IMG/VR virus record: IMGVR_UViG_3300043444_000140
Coordinates: 43,036 to 107,035 of that record
Length of the DNA: 64,000 nt
Reading direction: 5' to 3' (one strand)
DNA from: a virus
Under the pieces are notes generated by a model. That model made no database searches. It was not told where the DNA came from and worked only from the letters and a program-made list of their open reading frames with translations. Below, in pieces: positions 30,563 through 40,414 of the stretch (position 1 is the first letter of the stretch; each line of letters starts with the position of its first letter). The position numbers and the translations under genes are program-made.

Positions 30563-30907
30563 ATGGTCAATTCACACCACAAGTCTATTAAGAAGTTTTC
30601 TTTAAATGGAGAGATCCACGATGATTCAGCAATTGCTAGACTAAGGCTAGAGTACACTAGACTTCTTAGACAGCAAATGAGAGAATCTGGATATGCCGAA
30701 AGACTTGACATTGACCCAGACTTTACATTAAAATATAATAAGAAGACAGAAACGTTTACATTTAAGATATCAATATATGGGTCATATGTAGGAAAGAAGA
30801 GTATAGAATGCGTAGTGGGAATAGACGGCACAACAGTGATATATACACAGCCGAACAGATCAAGCGAATCCTTGTTGGATCAGGAATCGACATTGAATCA
30901 GAAGTAG
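30563..30907 (+). CDS. hypothetical protein
   Basis: TGCTATAAT 5 nt upstream (leaderless); overlaps primase 5' end by 100 nt. Confidence 0.6.
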   Translation: MVNSHHKSIKKFSLNGEIHDDSAIARLRLEYTRLLRQQMRESGYAERLDIDPDFTLKYNKKTETFTFKISIYGSYVGKKSIECVVGIDGTTVIYTQPNRSSESLLDQESTLNQK

Positions 30908-31752
30908 ACTCTGACTATATCATCTTCTGCCCATACCACAACAACTATCGCTCACCTGCTGGAGAAATTGATAAGGTAAACGGAACGTTCTTTTGCTTCT
31001 CTTGCCAGAAGGTTGCAGACCTAACTGAGTTTATTATGCATACCTCTGGTCGTACATACTTCGAGTCCGTAAGATACATAAAGTCTAAAGAAACCGAAAC
31101 AGATATTGAGCAGATCGTAAACAAGGCTCTTATTGTTAAGCCAGACTACAATCAGTTTGACCAGGTTCTAATCAAGAGGCTAAACCAGCAGGCACTGGAT
31201 GCTCCACGTGCTATGCGTTATTACAACGGAAGACTAATCTCAGACTCTTCTGTAAAGAAGTTTGCTCTGGGCTTTTCGGAAAAACAGGATATGGTAACTA
31301 TACCAGTCCACTCACCAGACGGGGTTGAGGTTGGCTTCGTTGGTCGCTCTATCGAGGGCAAAGATTTCAAGAATACTCCAGGACTGCCAAAGAGCAAAGT
31401 CCTATTTAACCTACACCGTGTAAAGACATCAAGCAAGGTCTACGTTGTCGAATCATCATTTGATGCTATTCGCCTAGACCAGTGTGGCTTTCCAGCGGTA
31501 GCGACATTGGGTGCTAACGTATCCAATTTCCAAACAGACCTACTCAAAAAATACTTCAATAACATCATAGTTATTGCAGACAATGATGAAGCAGGCGGTA
31601 ACATGAAAGACAAGATCGTAGAACGTCTTGGCTCACGTGTTACTGTTATCAAATTAGATAAACAATACAAGGATATTGGCGATATGCCAGACGAAGCAAT
31701 AAAAAATATTGACGAATCGTTTGACAAGTCTATCGCTGCTATGCTACAATAA
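30808..31752 (+). CDS. dnaG: DNA primase (CHC2 zinc finger + TOPRIM)
   Basis: CPYH...FFCFSC; VVESSFDAI; IADNDEAG; KDIGD. Confidence 0.9.
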   Translation: MRSGNRRHNSDIYTAEQIKRILVGSGIDIESEVDSDYIIFCPYHNNYRSPAGEIDKVNGTFFCFSCQKVADLTEFIMHTSGRTYFESVRYIKSKETETDIEQIVNKALIVKPDYNQFDQVLIKRLNQQALDAPRAMRYYNGRLISDSSVKKFALGFSEKQDMVTIPVHSPDGVEVGFVGRSIEGKDFKNTPGLPKSKVLFNLHRVKTSSKVYVVESSFDAIRLDQCGFPAVATLGANVSNFQTDLLKKYFNNIIVIADNDEAGGNMKDKIVERLGSRVTVIKLDKQYKDIGDMPDEAIKNIDESFDKSIAAMLQ

Positions 31753-31779
31753 TAAACCAATATAAATTAAGGAGAAATA

Positions 31780-32436
31780 ATGAGCGTTATTAAGGGACTA
31801 AAAAACATCAATGCCCTGCTTGACAAGCCAAAGGTAGAAAATTCAGGACAGAAAGTTCGTTGGGTAAAGTTGGCTGACGGACAGGGAGCAAAGATCCGTT
31901 TCGTAGAGGAACTGGATGAAGACAGTGCAACTTATGCAGAGGCACGTGGTCTTGCAGTTGTAATTTCGGAGCACCAGAATCCAAAGGACTACAAGCGTAA
32001 GGCTGCTTGTACCCAGGATTCAGAGGGTCGCTGCTACGGCTGTGAGATGGCTCGTAAGGAGCCAAAGGTGGGCTGGCGTTCACGTATGCGTTTCTACTGC
32101 AACGTCCTAGTTGACGACGGTACCGAAGACCCATACATCGCTGTGTGGTCACAGGGTATCTCAAAGCAGTCTGCATTCAACACCATCCGTGAGTATGCAC
32201 TTGAGACTGGATCTATCTCAAACCTAACTTGGAAGATTAAGCGTAATGGTCAGGGAACTGAAACCAACTACACCTTGATTCCAACAGGTCCAGATTCAGA
32301 ACCATTCAACTGGGGAGCATACGAGTTCTTTAACCTCGAGAAGGTTGTTCGTGAAGTTCCATACGCAGAGCAGGAAGATTTCTACTTCGGCTTTGAGTCA
32401 GGTTCATCAGTCACCTCTTCAAACATTGACTGGTAA
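31780..32436 (+). CDS. single-stranded DNA-binding protein (gp32-like)
   Basis: KIRFV, Cys cluster C..GRCYGC, KIKRNGQGTETNY, acidic/aromatic C-terminus IDW; AAGGAG RBS. Confidence 0.7.
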   Translation: MSVIKGLKNINALLDKPKVENSGQKVRWVKLADGQGAKIRFVEELDEDSATYAEARGLAVVISEHQNPKDYKRKAACTQDSEGRCYGCEMARKEPKVGWRSRMRFYCNVLVDDGTEDPYIAVWSQGISKQSAFNTIREYALETGSISNLTWKIKRNGQGTETNYTLIPTGPDSEPFNWGAYEFFNLEKVVREVPYAEQEDFYFGFESGSSVTSSNIDW

Positions 32437-32449
32437 CAACTAATGTGAG

Positions 32450-32480
32450 TGGGGGTACTGTAAAAGGTACCCCCATTTGC
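32450..32480 (+). terminator. stem-loop terminator after SSB
   Basis: GGGGGTAC-loop-GTACCCCC then ATTTGCTTT. Confidence 0.65.
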
Positions 32481-32490
32481 TTTACATGTC

Positions 32491-32519
32491 TTGACAACAT
32501 GCAAAAAATATGTCATAAT
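32491..32519 (+). promoter_or_regulatory. promoter for dnaE
   Basis: TTGACA-17 nt-CATAAT with TG extension. Confidence 0.7.
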
Positions 32520-32557
32520 TTTTACACATCATTCAAACGTATAAAGGAAAATAATAT

Positions 32558-35500
32558 ATGAGTTACGCTGGACTACACGTTCACACTCACTACTCGCTTT
32601 TCGATGGTATTGCGACACCACAGGAATATGTGGACAGGGCTGTAGCACTTGGTATGCCAGCCATTGCCATCACAGACCACGGTTCGCTATCTGGGCACCG
32701 TGAGATGTATCGTGCTGCAAAGACTGCAGGAATCAAACCTATTCTTGGAATTGAGGGGTACATTGCGAATGATCGCTTTGACCACGAAGACAAGAAAGAG
32801 AAGAACGACCCCCTAGACCTTAACTACAACCACTTGATTATTCTTGCCAAGAATGCCAAGGGTCTAGAGAACCTTAACAAACTTAATGAACTTGCCTGGA
32901 CAGAGGGTTTCTACAAGAAACCTCGCATGGACTGGAAGATTCTAGAGCAGTACAAAGATGGACTAATCATCACTTCTGGCTGTCTATCTGGCTACCTAGC
33001 CAAAGCAATTGAGTCAGACAACCTGGCTGCTGCCAAAACCCACCTCCAGTGGGCACAGGAGACGTTTGGAGACGATTACTACATTGAGGTAATGCCACAC
33101 AACCCTAAAGAGATTAATGACGTTATTTTGGCTCTGGCGGACGAATTCGGTATCAAGCCAATCGTTACTCCTGACTGCCACCACTCTGACCCAAGCCAGA
33201 AAGAAATCCAGGAACTTAAACTAATCCTAAACTCATACTCAAACAAGGCTGAAAAGGGTGCTACCTACGAAGGCTCTACCAAGTATGAGAACTTGATGGA
33301 TAAACTAGACTACCTGTACGGTGCAGACCGTCAGATGTCATTCAACAAGTTTGAGATTCACCTATTGTCTGATGAAGAGATGCACAATGCTATGGGTGCT
33401 CAGGGTATTACACGTCAGGACATGTACGACAACACTGTCGAGATTGTTAACAAGATTGAAGACTATGACATTCAGGACCACACAGACCTACTTCCAGTAC
33501 AGTACCAGAATCCAAATGAGGAACTTTACACTCTTGCACTAGAGGGGCTCCGTGCCAAGGGTCTAGCAGACAAGCAGGAGTATCTAGATCGCCTAGACGA
33601 AGAACTAGGAATTATTAAAGACAAGAACTTTGGTCCATATTTCTTGGTTGTACGCTCTATGATTGCGTGGGCTAAGAAGGAAGACATCATGGTGGGTCCA
33701 GGTCGTGGTTCTGCTGCTGGCTCGTTGCTCTGCTATGCCCTGGGCATTACAGACATTGACCCTATCGTTCACGGTCTGCTGTTCTTCCGTTTTATTAACC
33801 CAGAACGTAACGACTTCCCAGATATTGATACTGATATTCAGGATAACCGTCGTGAAGAAGTAAAGGACTACTTGGTTCGCCAGTATCGTCACGTTGCATC
33901 CATCGCCACATTCCTTGAGTTCAAGGGTAAAGGCATGATCCGTGACATTGCTCGTGTGCTAAACATTCCTCTAGTAGACGTTAACAAAGTTCTTAAACTT
34001 GTAGACGACTGGGACGACTACCTACGTTCGAAGTCAACTCAAGAGTTCCGTGAGAAGTACCCAGAGATTGAGATTTATGGAGAGCAACTCCGTGGTCGTA
34101 TTCGTGGTACTGGTATTCACGCTGCAGGTGTTGTGACATCTAAGGAGCCTATCTTCAAGTTTGCTCCACTAGAGACTCGTACAACTCCAGGTAGCAAGGA
34201 CCGTATCCCAGTCGTTGCGGTAGACATGGAAGAAGCAGAGCGTATTGGTCTTATTAAGATTGACGCACTGGGTCTAAAGACTCTATCTGTTATTCAGGAC
34301 ACTACCAAGATTATTGAAGAGCGTTATGGCAAGAAGATTGATCTTCACGATATTGACATGGAAGACAAAAACATCTATTCCATGCTCTCTGACGGATATA
34401 CCAAGGGTGTGTTCCAGTGTGAAGCGACACCATATACTAATCTGTTGGTAAAGATGGGTGTCAAGAACTTTGCAGAACTTGCAGCATCTAACGCTCTGGT
34501 TCGTCCAGGTGCTATGAATACCATCGGTAAGGACTACATTGCTCGTAAGCATGGTAAGCAGAACATCTCATATCACCACCAAGTGATGAAGGCGTTCACG
34601 GCTGAGACATACGGATGTATTCTATACCAGGAACAGGTTATGCAGGCTTGTACAGAACTTGGCGGTATGACGATGGCTGAGGCTGACAAGGTTCGTAAGA
34701 TCATCGGTAAGAAGAAGGATGCCAAAGAGTTTGACCAGTTTAAGGACAGGTTCGTAAAGGGTGCATCTCAATTCTTGCGACCAGAAGTTGCAGAAGAACT
34801 ATGGCACGACTTCGAGGCTCACGCAGGGTACTCGTTCAACAAGTCTCACGCTGTAGCATACTCAACGCTATCATACTGGACTGCATGGTTGAAGTACTAC
34901 TACCCAATTGAGTTCATGTTTGCTCTTCTAAAGAACGAGAAAGACAAGGATGCTCGTACAGAGTATCTAATTGAGGCAAAGCGTATGGGCATTCCAGTTC
35001 GCTTGCCACACATTAATGAGTCAGACATTGACTTTAAGATTGAGGGTAAGGGAATTAGGTTTGGACTATCAGCCATTAAATTCATTTCAGATAACATTGC
35101 TAGTAAGTACATTGCTGCTCGTCCATTTGGCTCGTACAAAGAACTTGAGGAGTTTACTTTTGGTAAGGGTAATGGTGTTAATTCTCGTGCTCTTCAGGCT
35201 CTTCGAGTTGTTGGTGCTGCAACCTTTGAGGACAATCCACGCAACGACGATGAAATTCGTGAAAACCTTTACGAGTATCTCAACCTACCAGAATTCAATG
35301 TATCAATTCCACAACACTACCACGCATTTATAAATGACGTAGAAGAGTTTGAGGAAAAGGGATCATTCGTTATCATGGGTATGGTAAAGGAGATTAAGCG
35401 TGGCAAGGGCTGGAGCCGTGTAGAGGTTCTAGATAAGACTGGTAGTGTTGGTATCTTCGACGAAGAGCAGACCGCTATTGAGGCAGGAAGAACCTATCTT

Positions 35501-35839
35501 CTTCTCGCTAGCGACAACAGGATTGTTACCGCAATCCCTGCTGATGAAATCAAGGGTAATGAATCGGCACTGATTAAGTTCTTGAACTACAGACAACTTC
35601 CATTCAAGGAAGAAGAAATGTTTGTGGTGTCATTCAAGTCACGCATTACCAAGGCTGGAAAGAAGATGGCATCTCTCACACTAGCGGACAGTGGAAGAGA
35701 CCTGCACTCAGTTACGGTATTCCCAACAGCCTACTCAAAGGCATATATGAAGATTGACGAGGGTAAGGCATACAAGTTTACTTTCGGTAAAACAAAAGAT
35801 GGAACAACGATTATGGAGGATGTAGAAAATGTTCGATGA
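32558..35839 (+). CDS. dnaE: DNA polymerase III alpha subunit (family C)
   Basis: PHP motif LHVHTHYSLFDG/AITDHG, GPGRGSAAGS, PDIDTD, HAAGVV, KIDALGL, YSFNKSHA; no intein evident. Confidence 0.97.
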   Translation: MSYAGLHVHTHYSLFDGIATPQEYVDRAVALGMPAIAITDHGSLSGHREMYRAAKTAGIKPILGIEGYIANDRFDHEDKKEKNDPLDLNYNHLIILAKNAKGLENLNKLNELAWTEGFYKKPRMDWKILEQYKDGLIITSGCLSGYLAKAIESDNLAAAKTHLQWAQETFGDDYYIEVMPHNPKEINDVILALADEFGIKPIVTPDCHHSDPSQKEIQELKLILNSYSNKAEKGATYEGSTKYENLMDKLDYLYGADRQMSFNKFEIHLLSDEEMHNAMGAQGITRQDMYDNTVEIVNKIEDYDIQDHTDLLPVQYQNPNEELYTLALEGLRAKGLADKQEYLDRLDEELGIIKDKNFGPYFLVVRSMIAWAKKEDIMVGPGRGSAAGSLLCYALGITDIDPIVHGLLFFRFINPERNDFPDIDTDIQDNRREEVKDYLVRQYRHVASIATFLEFKGKGMIRDIARVLNIPLVDVNKVLKLVDDWDDYLRSKSTQEFREKYPEIEIYGEQLRGRIRGTGIHAAGVVTSKEPIFKFAPLETRTTPGSKDRIPVVAVDMEEAERIGLIKIDALGLKTLSVIQDTTKIIEERYGKKIDLHDIDMEDKNIYSMLSDGYTKGVFQCEATPYTNLLVKMGVKNFAELAASNALVRPGAMNTIGKDYIARKHGKQNISYHHQVMKAFTAETYGCILYQEQVMQACTELGGMTMAEADKVRKIIGKKKDAKEFDQFKDRFVKGASQFLRPEVAEELWHDFEAHAGYSFNKSHAVAYSTLSYWTAWLKYYYPIEFMFALLKNEKDKDARTEYLIEAKRMGIPVRLPHINESDIDFKIEGKGIRFGLSAIKFISDNIASKYIAARPFGSYKELEEFTFGKGNGVNSRALQALRVVGAATFEDNPRNDDEIRENLYEYLNLPEFNVSIPQHYHAFINDVEEFEEKGSFVIMGMVKEIKRGKGWSRVEVLDKTGSVGIFDEEQTAIEAGRTYLLLASDNRIVTAIPADEIKGNESALIKFLNYRQLPFKEEEMFVVSFKSRITKAGKKMASLTLADSGRDLHSVTVFPTAYSKAYMKIDEGKAYKFTFGKTKDGTTIMEDVENVR

Positions 35840-36164
35840 TATTGCAATGCAGTTGCATGAGACTGCAGTTAAGAAGGGTTTCTGGAGCGTTATAGATGAC
35901 GCTACACAGGAACAGGTGGATATCTTTGTAACCAAGCAGTTGATGATGATTGTATCAGAGGCTGTAGAGGTTATGGAGGCTATCCGCAAAGATAAGGGAG
36001 AGCACGAGATTGCAGACGAGATGGCAGACATCCTGATCCGCACCTTCGATCTCTATGCAGGTTTGGTAGAGCATGGGTACACCAAGGTGTCTCTAGACCA
36101 CGCATTTGAAAACAAGACAAACATTAACCAGGCACGTCCTGAGAAGCACGGAGTAAGATTCTAA
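35829..36164 (+). CDS. MazG-like nucleotide pyrophosphohydrolase
   Basis: SEAVEVMEAIRK...ADEMADILIR. Confidence 0.85.
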   Translation: MFDDIAMQLHETAVKKGFWSVIDDATQEQVDIFVTKQLMMIVSEAVEVMEAIRKDKGEHEIADEMADILIRTFDLYAGLVEHGYTKVSLDHAFENKTNINQARPEKHGVRF

Positions 36165-36388
36165 TGACAGTAACAGTATATACAAAGCCAGCATGTGTAC
36201 AGTGCGATGCTACAAAGCGAACGCTAGACAAGTTGGGGGTTTCTTACGAGGCTATTGACGTAACCACAAACCAGGATGCATTTGACATGCTAGTTGAAAA
36301 GGGATTTAAGGCTATGCCTGTAGTCAATGCTGGCGACGAATGGTGGTCAGGCTTTAACCCAGAGAAGATTAATGGGTTGGTGCTCTAA
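36164..36388 (+). CDS. nrdH: glutaredoxin-like NrdH
   Basis: VYTKPACVQC...MPVV...WSGFNPEKI. Confidence 0.93.
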   Translation: MTVTVYTKPACVQCDATKRTLDKLGVSYEAIDVTTNQDAFDMLVEKGFKAMPVVNAGDEWWSGFNPEKINGLVL

Positions 36389-37401
36389 TGACAACTATGG
36401 AAGAAGCCCTAGCATTACTAGATCCAAAGATTAGAAAGAGACTGTCTAGCGGAGTAGGATTTAAAACCGAATTCCAGAAGACTCCTAGTTTTGGTCTAAA
36501 CCGTGCACTTTTCGGTGGACTACCTCTTGGCAGACAGATTCTTATTTGGGGTAGCAAGTCATCTGCAAAGTCATCTCTATGTCTTCAAATGATTGCTCTT
36601 GCTCAAGAAGAGGGTAAACTGTGTGCATGGATTGACGCTGAGATGTCTTACTCAGAAGACTGGGCAAAGCAACTTGGGGTAGACACAGAGAACCTTATCG
36701 TATCTCAGGCTCGTACAATCAATGAAATGGTAGACGTGGGTACAGCCCTAATGAACGCAGGTGTAGACCTGATTGTTGTTGACTCGATTACATCGCTTCT
36801 ACCTGCAATCTATTTTGAAAAGGGTACTGATGAACTTAAGGAACTGGAGAACACTAAGCAAATCGGAGCGGAGTCAAGAGATTTCAGCAATGCTTGGAAG
36901 ATGCTTAACTACGCTAACAATAAAGTTAAGCCTACTATGCTTGTTCTTATTAGTCAGTCTAGGAACAATATTAGTGCTATGTATACTAGTCAGCAGCCAA
37001 GTGGTGGGCAGGCTACTAAGTTTTATTCTTCTACTGTTATCAAGTTGTTTTCCTCGGAGTCAGACAATCAAGCGATTAAGGGCAAGATTGCTGTCGGTGA
37101 TAAACTAATTGAAGAGAAGGTTGGTCGCAAAATCCGTTGGGAAGTTCAGTTCTCAAAGACTTCTCCTGCCTTCCAGTCTGGAGAGTACGACTTCTACTTC
37201 AGAGGTCCTCTAATCGGCATTGACAGCGTGGGAGACCTTGTTGACACTGCAGAGATGATGGGTATTGTAGAGCGTACAGGAGCCTGGTACATCCTACCAG
37301 ATGGCTCTAAGATCCAGGGTAGAGAAGCATTCGTTAATCGTGTACGTGAAGACCTAGATCTTCAGGATGAAATTAAGGCAAAGGTAAATGGCGAAGTATA
37401 A
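36388..37401 (+). CDS. recA: RecA/UvsX-like recombinase
   Basis: GGLPLGR, variant P-loop GSKSSAKS, WIDAE, LIVVDSI, GGQATKFYS, GAWY. Confidence 0.9.
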   Translation: MTTMEEALALLDPKIRKRLSSGVGFKTEFQKTPSFGLNRALFGGLPLGRQILIWGSKSSAKSSLCLQMIALAQEEGKLCAWIDAEMSYSEDWAKQLGVDTENLIVSQARTINEMVDVGTALMNAGVDLIVVDSITSLLPAIYFEKGTDELKELENTKQIGAESRDFSNAWKMLNYANNKVKPTMLVLISQSRNNISAMYTSQQPSGGQATKFYSSTVIKLFSSESDNQAIKGKIAVGDKLIEEKVGRKIRWEVQFSKTSPAFQSGEYDFYFRGPLIGIDSVGDLVDTAEMMGIVERTGAWYILPDGSKIQGREAFVNRVREDLDLQDEIKAKVNGEV

Positions 37402-37573
37402 CATCTATCAGGGTGAGTTTCCATGCCACACCTGTAAGGTAGTCGTAAAGTCATTAAGATGTTACGCAGAAACAAAGGAGTTGACCTGGATGTGTCCAGA
37501 GAAGCACCTGTCAACAGTCAACCTAAACACCAAGAAGAGCAAGAAAGACTATGAGCGAGAAGAGCGAGAGTAA
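37388..37573 (+). CDS. small zinc-ribbon protein
   Basis: CHTC...C..KH. Confidence 0.6.
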   Translation: MAKYNIYQGEFPCHTCKVVVKSLRCYAETKELTWMCPEKHLSTVNLNTKKSKKDYEREERE

Positions 37574-37838
37574 GCGTATTGGTGCCAAGCAGCACAAGAA
37601 CTCTGGTAGAGGAACCCACAAGGGTGATGCTACTTGGGAGAACTTCACTGTTGACTTCAAAGAGGTTGGCAAATCCTTTACACTAAATAAAGACGTTTGG
37701 GCTAAGGCAACTACTGATGCAATTAGGAACGGTAACGATCCTGCCATCGTAGTTGTCCTTGGCGACAGCGGTATTAAAACAAGACTAGCAGTAATCGAAT
37801 TATCTCTACTTGAACAAATCCTGTCCGATGGTGTATAA
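37551..37838 (+). CDS. PD-(D/E)xK nuclease, Holliday-junction-resolvase-like
   Basis: NSGRG..KGD...VDFKE. Confidence 0.65.
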   Translation: MSEKSESKRIGAKQHKNSGRGTHKGDATWENFTVDFKEVGKSFTLNKDVWAKATTDAIRNGNDPAIVVVLGDSGIKTRLAVIELSLLEQILSDGV

Positions 37839-37864
37839 TTAATACATAACCTTTAAGGAAAATA

Positions 37865-38170
37865 ATGGAACAGAATAAAACAACAATTGAAATGGTTAAT
37901 GGTCTCTCAGAGATTGCTGACTTTATGAATGACGAAGAACTCACCGAGGCTCTTACGTTCATTGCTAAACTAATTATTAAACCAGACATTCCACTGAATG
38001 TCGCTACTGTCGAAATCGTTCGTCTTCAGGCAATTGCTGCTAAGATGGCATTCAAGGCTACTTGGATGGTAAACGTTGACAAGGGAAACAGGGAGAAGAA
38101 GAATATCTACTTTACAGCACACGAGGCTATCTCAGATCTTGTGTCTGCACTGAAGTATATTGTTCGATAA
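37865..38170 (+). CDS. hypothetical protein
   Basis: AAGGA RBS, GTGTATAAT promoter upstream. Confidence 0.65.
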   Translation: MEQNKTTIEMVNGLSEIADFMNDEELTEALTFIAKLIIKPDIPLNVATVEIVRLQAIAAKMAFKATWMVNVDKGNREKKNIYFTAHEAISDLVSALKYIVR

Positions 38171-38174
38171 CATC

Positions 38175-38984
38175 ATGGCTAAGAATTTACTACAGCAAGT
38201 TATGCTAAAGAAGATGGACCAGGCTCCATCAGGAAAGCCATCCTTTATTGACAAGGATGCTCTAATTGAAAAGATTAATTCTGGATACACCGTAAAGCGT
38301 GTAGACAAGTTTACCCAAAAGAAATCGTTTGCACCTAGCACCATCGCATTCTCGCATGGAGAGTGTCCTCGCTACTGGTACCTGGCTTTTGAGGGTGCAG
38401 TCTTCTCCGATAACGCAGATGCCTATGGTGCTGCTAATATGACTGCTGGAACCAAGTCTCACGAGCGTATTCAGGAAGCCATGGGCAATGTCCCAGACTT
38501 TCTAATTGACTCAGAGTTTAAGATCACCTACAATGACCCACCAATCTTTGGATTTGGTGACGTTATGCTAAAGTGGGAAGAAAAGGAATTGCTTGGCGAG
38601 ATCAAGACAATGCCTAACGATGCCTTCGAGTATCGAAAAATTGCAGGTAAGCCAAAGACTGGTCACTTAGTCCAGTTGCTTATCTATATGAAGATTCTTA
38701 ATAAGAATCGAGCAGTTCTAATCTATGAGAACAAGAATAATCACGAACTGTTGATTTTTCCTGTAGAATTAGATAAGTACATGTATGAGTGGGTAGAGAA
38801 CACATTTGAGTGGATGCGAGAGGTTCGTGGAGCATGGGAGAAGAAAACACTTCCAACCAAGAACTATCGTAGCAACTCAAAGATTTGTAAGACATGTCCA
38901 ATCCGTGAGGCTTGTGACTTGGCTGGTTCTGGAGAGATCAAACTACGATCACTGGAGCCTTTGGATGAAAAACAAACATTGTGA
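38175..38984 (+). CDS. Cas4/RecB-like exonuclease
   Basis: CPRYWY, GTKSHERIQ, D...GEIKT, QLLIY, C-terminal CKTCP...C. Confidence 0.85.
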   Translation: MAKNLLQQVMLKKMDQAPSGKPSFIDKDALIEKINSGYTVKRVDKFTQKKSFAPSTIAFSHGECPRYWYLAFEGAVFSDNADAYGAANMTAGTKSHERIQEAMGNVPDFLIDSEFKITYNDPPIFGFGDVMLKWEEKELLGEIKTMPNDAFEYRKIAGKPKTGHLVQLLIYMKILNKNRAVLIYENKNNHELLIFPVELDKYMYEWVENTFEWMREVRGAWEKKTLPTKNYRSNSKICKTCPIREACDLAGSGEIKLRSLEPLDEKQTL

Positions 38985-39261
38985 GTGGTGCGACCACACA
39001 TTTAAAACAAATATATCTTATCAGATATACTGTTCACCAGAATGCCGAGATGCTGCTACAAAAGAAAAGATAGCAGCCAGGTATCAGATTCAAAGAAGGC
39101 AACGCCGTAAGGGTAAGGAGAGACTTTGCAAGTCGTGTGAAAAGAGACTGTCAGTATACAATGACGACACGATTTGTGAAACCTGCTCCGCTGACCCATC
39201 AGAAGTTGCAAAAGTTTTAAGAGACATAAAAGGATTGATGAATGGTAAAGATAGGAAATAA
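38965..39261 (+). CDS. zinc-finger protein
   Basis: CEWC, YCSPEC, CKSC, CETC. Confidence 0.7.
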   Translation: MKNKHCEWCDHTFKTNISYQIYCSPECRDAATKEKIAARYQIQRRQRRKGKERLCKSCEKRLSVYNDDTICETCSADPSEVAKVLRDIKGLMNGKDRK

Positions 39262-39817
39262 TCGTGAAAAGCCACAAAACATTCTTGCTATTGATGCTAG
39301 CACTAATAGCCTTGCTTTCGCTATCTTTTCTGGTGTATCCTTAATAAGATATGGAAAGATTAAGTTCGAAGGCAACAACGCCTACCAGAAGTTGGGGGAT
39401 GCTGCAGTCAAGACTCTACCATTCCTCAAGAACTTTGAGATTGATGCAATTGTTATTGAGCACACTGTCTTCATTAACAGCCCAAAGACTGCTTCTGATC
39501 TTGCCCTAATCCAGGGTGCACTTCTAGGTGCTGCTAAGTTGGCAGGTATCAGAACAGCAGGCTCTATCAATCCTATTACATGGCAAAGTTTTATCGGTAA
39601 TAACAAACTCTCTGCTAAGGAGAAGCAAGACCTGATGAACGAGTTCCCAGGGAAGTCCAAGAACTGGTATCAGAATAAGTCTCGTGAGATCCGTAAGCAG
39701 AGAACTATTAAGTTTGTTAATACATATTACGACAAGAACATCCAGGATGATGACGTTGCAGATGCTGTCGGTATTGGTCATTATGCAATTAATAACTGGG
39801 GAAAGATTGACAAGTAA
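39242..39817 (+). CDS. ruvC: RuvC-like Holliday junction resolvase
   Basis: ILAIDAS, IVIE, DDDVADAVGIG. Confidence 0.85.
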   Translation: MVKIGNNREKPQNILAIDASTNSLAFAIFSGVSLIRYGKIKFEGNNAYQKLGDAAVKTLPFLKNFEIDAIVIEHTVFINSPKTASDLALIQGALLGAAKLAGIRTAGSINPITWQSFIGNNKLSAKEKQDLMNEFPGKSKNWYQNKSREIRKQRTIKFVNTYYDKNIQDDDVADAVGIGHYAINNWGKIDK

Positions 39818-39970
39818 ATGGCTAAACTGTATACTAGTGAGGCGTGGTTGAAGAAACGCTACCACCTGGATAAAAAGACTCCAGAAGAAATTGCAAAAGA
39901 GTGTGGGGCAAGCGTGGAAACAATCTATGTTTATCTTGCAAAGTTTGGACTAAGGAAATCAAAACGATGA
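39818..39970 (+). CDS. small HTH protein (50 aa, not in ORF track)
   Basis: Manual translation MAKLYTSEAWLKKRYHLDKKTPEEIAKECGASVETIYVYLAKFGLRKSKR; abuts ruvC stop and overlaps next start. Confidence 0.8.
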   Translation: MAKLYTSEAWLKKRYHLDKKTPEEIAKECGASVETIYVYLAKFGLRKSKR

Positions 39971-40134
39971 TCAGATACATAAAGCACTTTGCGTATGTTG
40001 CCAAAGCATATTATAACAGGATTGGCTGTAAGCACAACAAGCAGGGAGTTGCTTCCTGCCCATTTACAGGTCTAACCTATACGACCTGCGAAAAATGTCT
40101 AAAGAGAATTAAGGTAGAAGAAACCAATGGCTAG
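39967..40134 (+). CDS. small Cys-rich protein
   Basis: MIRYIKH...CKH...CPFTG...CEKC; ATGA overlap with upstream gene. Confidence 0.6.
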   Translation: MIRYIKHFAYVAKAYYNRIGCKHNKQGVASCPFTGLTYTTCEKCLKRIKVEETNG

Positions 40135-40414
40135 AAAAAGAAATGCCCCAGAGGCTGTCAAGACTAAATTTGTTCGTGAGTACAGGATGGTCGTTGACGG
40201 ATTTGAGGTTGTCCGTGGGGACATTATTAAAGTATCTGGACAGTACGGAATGAAGTTTAAGTTTGACAGTTTTGTCACAAACTCAGAAACTGGTGCTGTG
40301 TGGGTAGACTGCTTTGAAGTTTTTAGAAACTCTGCATCTGCCTGGAGATCTTTTAAGCCAGAGATGATTAAGCGTATTCCACAACGAGGAAAGAGAGCAA
40401 AGCGTGTCGTTTGA
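40127..40414 (+). CDS. hypothetical protein (SH3-like)
   Basis: RGDIIKVSG..FKF..WVDC..RSF. Confidence 0.6.
   Translation: MARKRNAPEAVKTKFVREYRMVVDGFEVVRGDIIKVSGQYGMKFKFDSFVTNSETGAVWVDCFEVFRNSASAWRSFKPEMIKRIPQRGKRAKRVV

Noticed and set aside
38175-38984. Cas4-like gene as evidence of a CRISPR system
   Set aside because: No repeat-spacer array or other cas genes; solo Cas4-like nucleases are common in phage recombination modules
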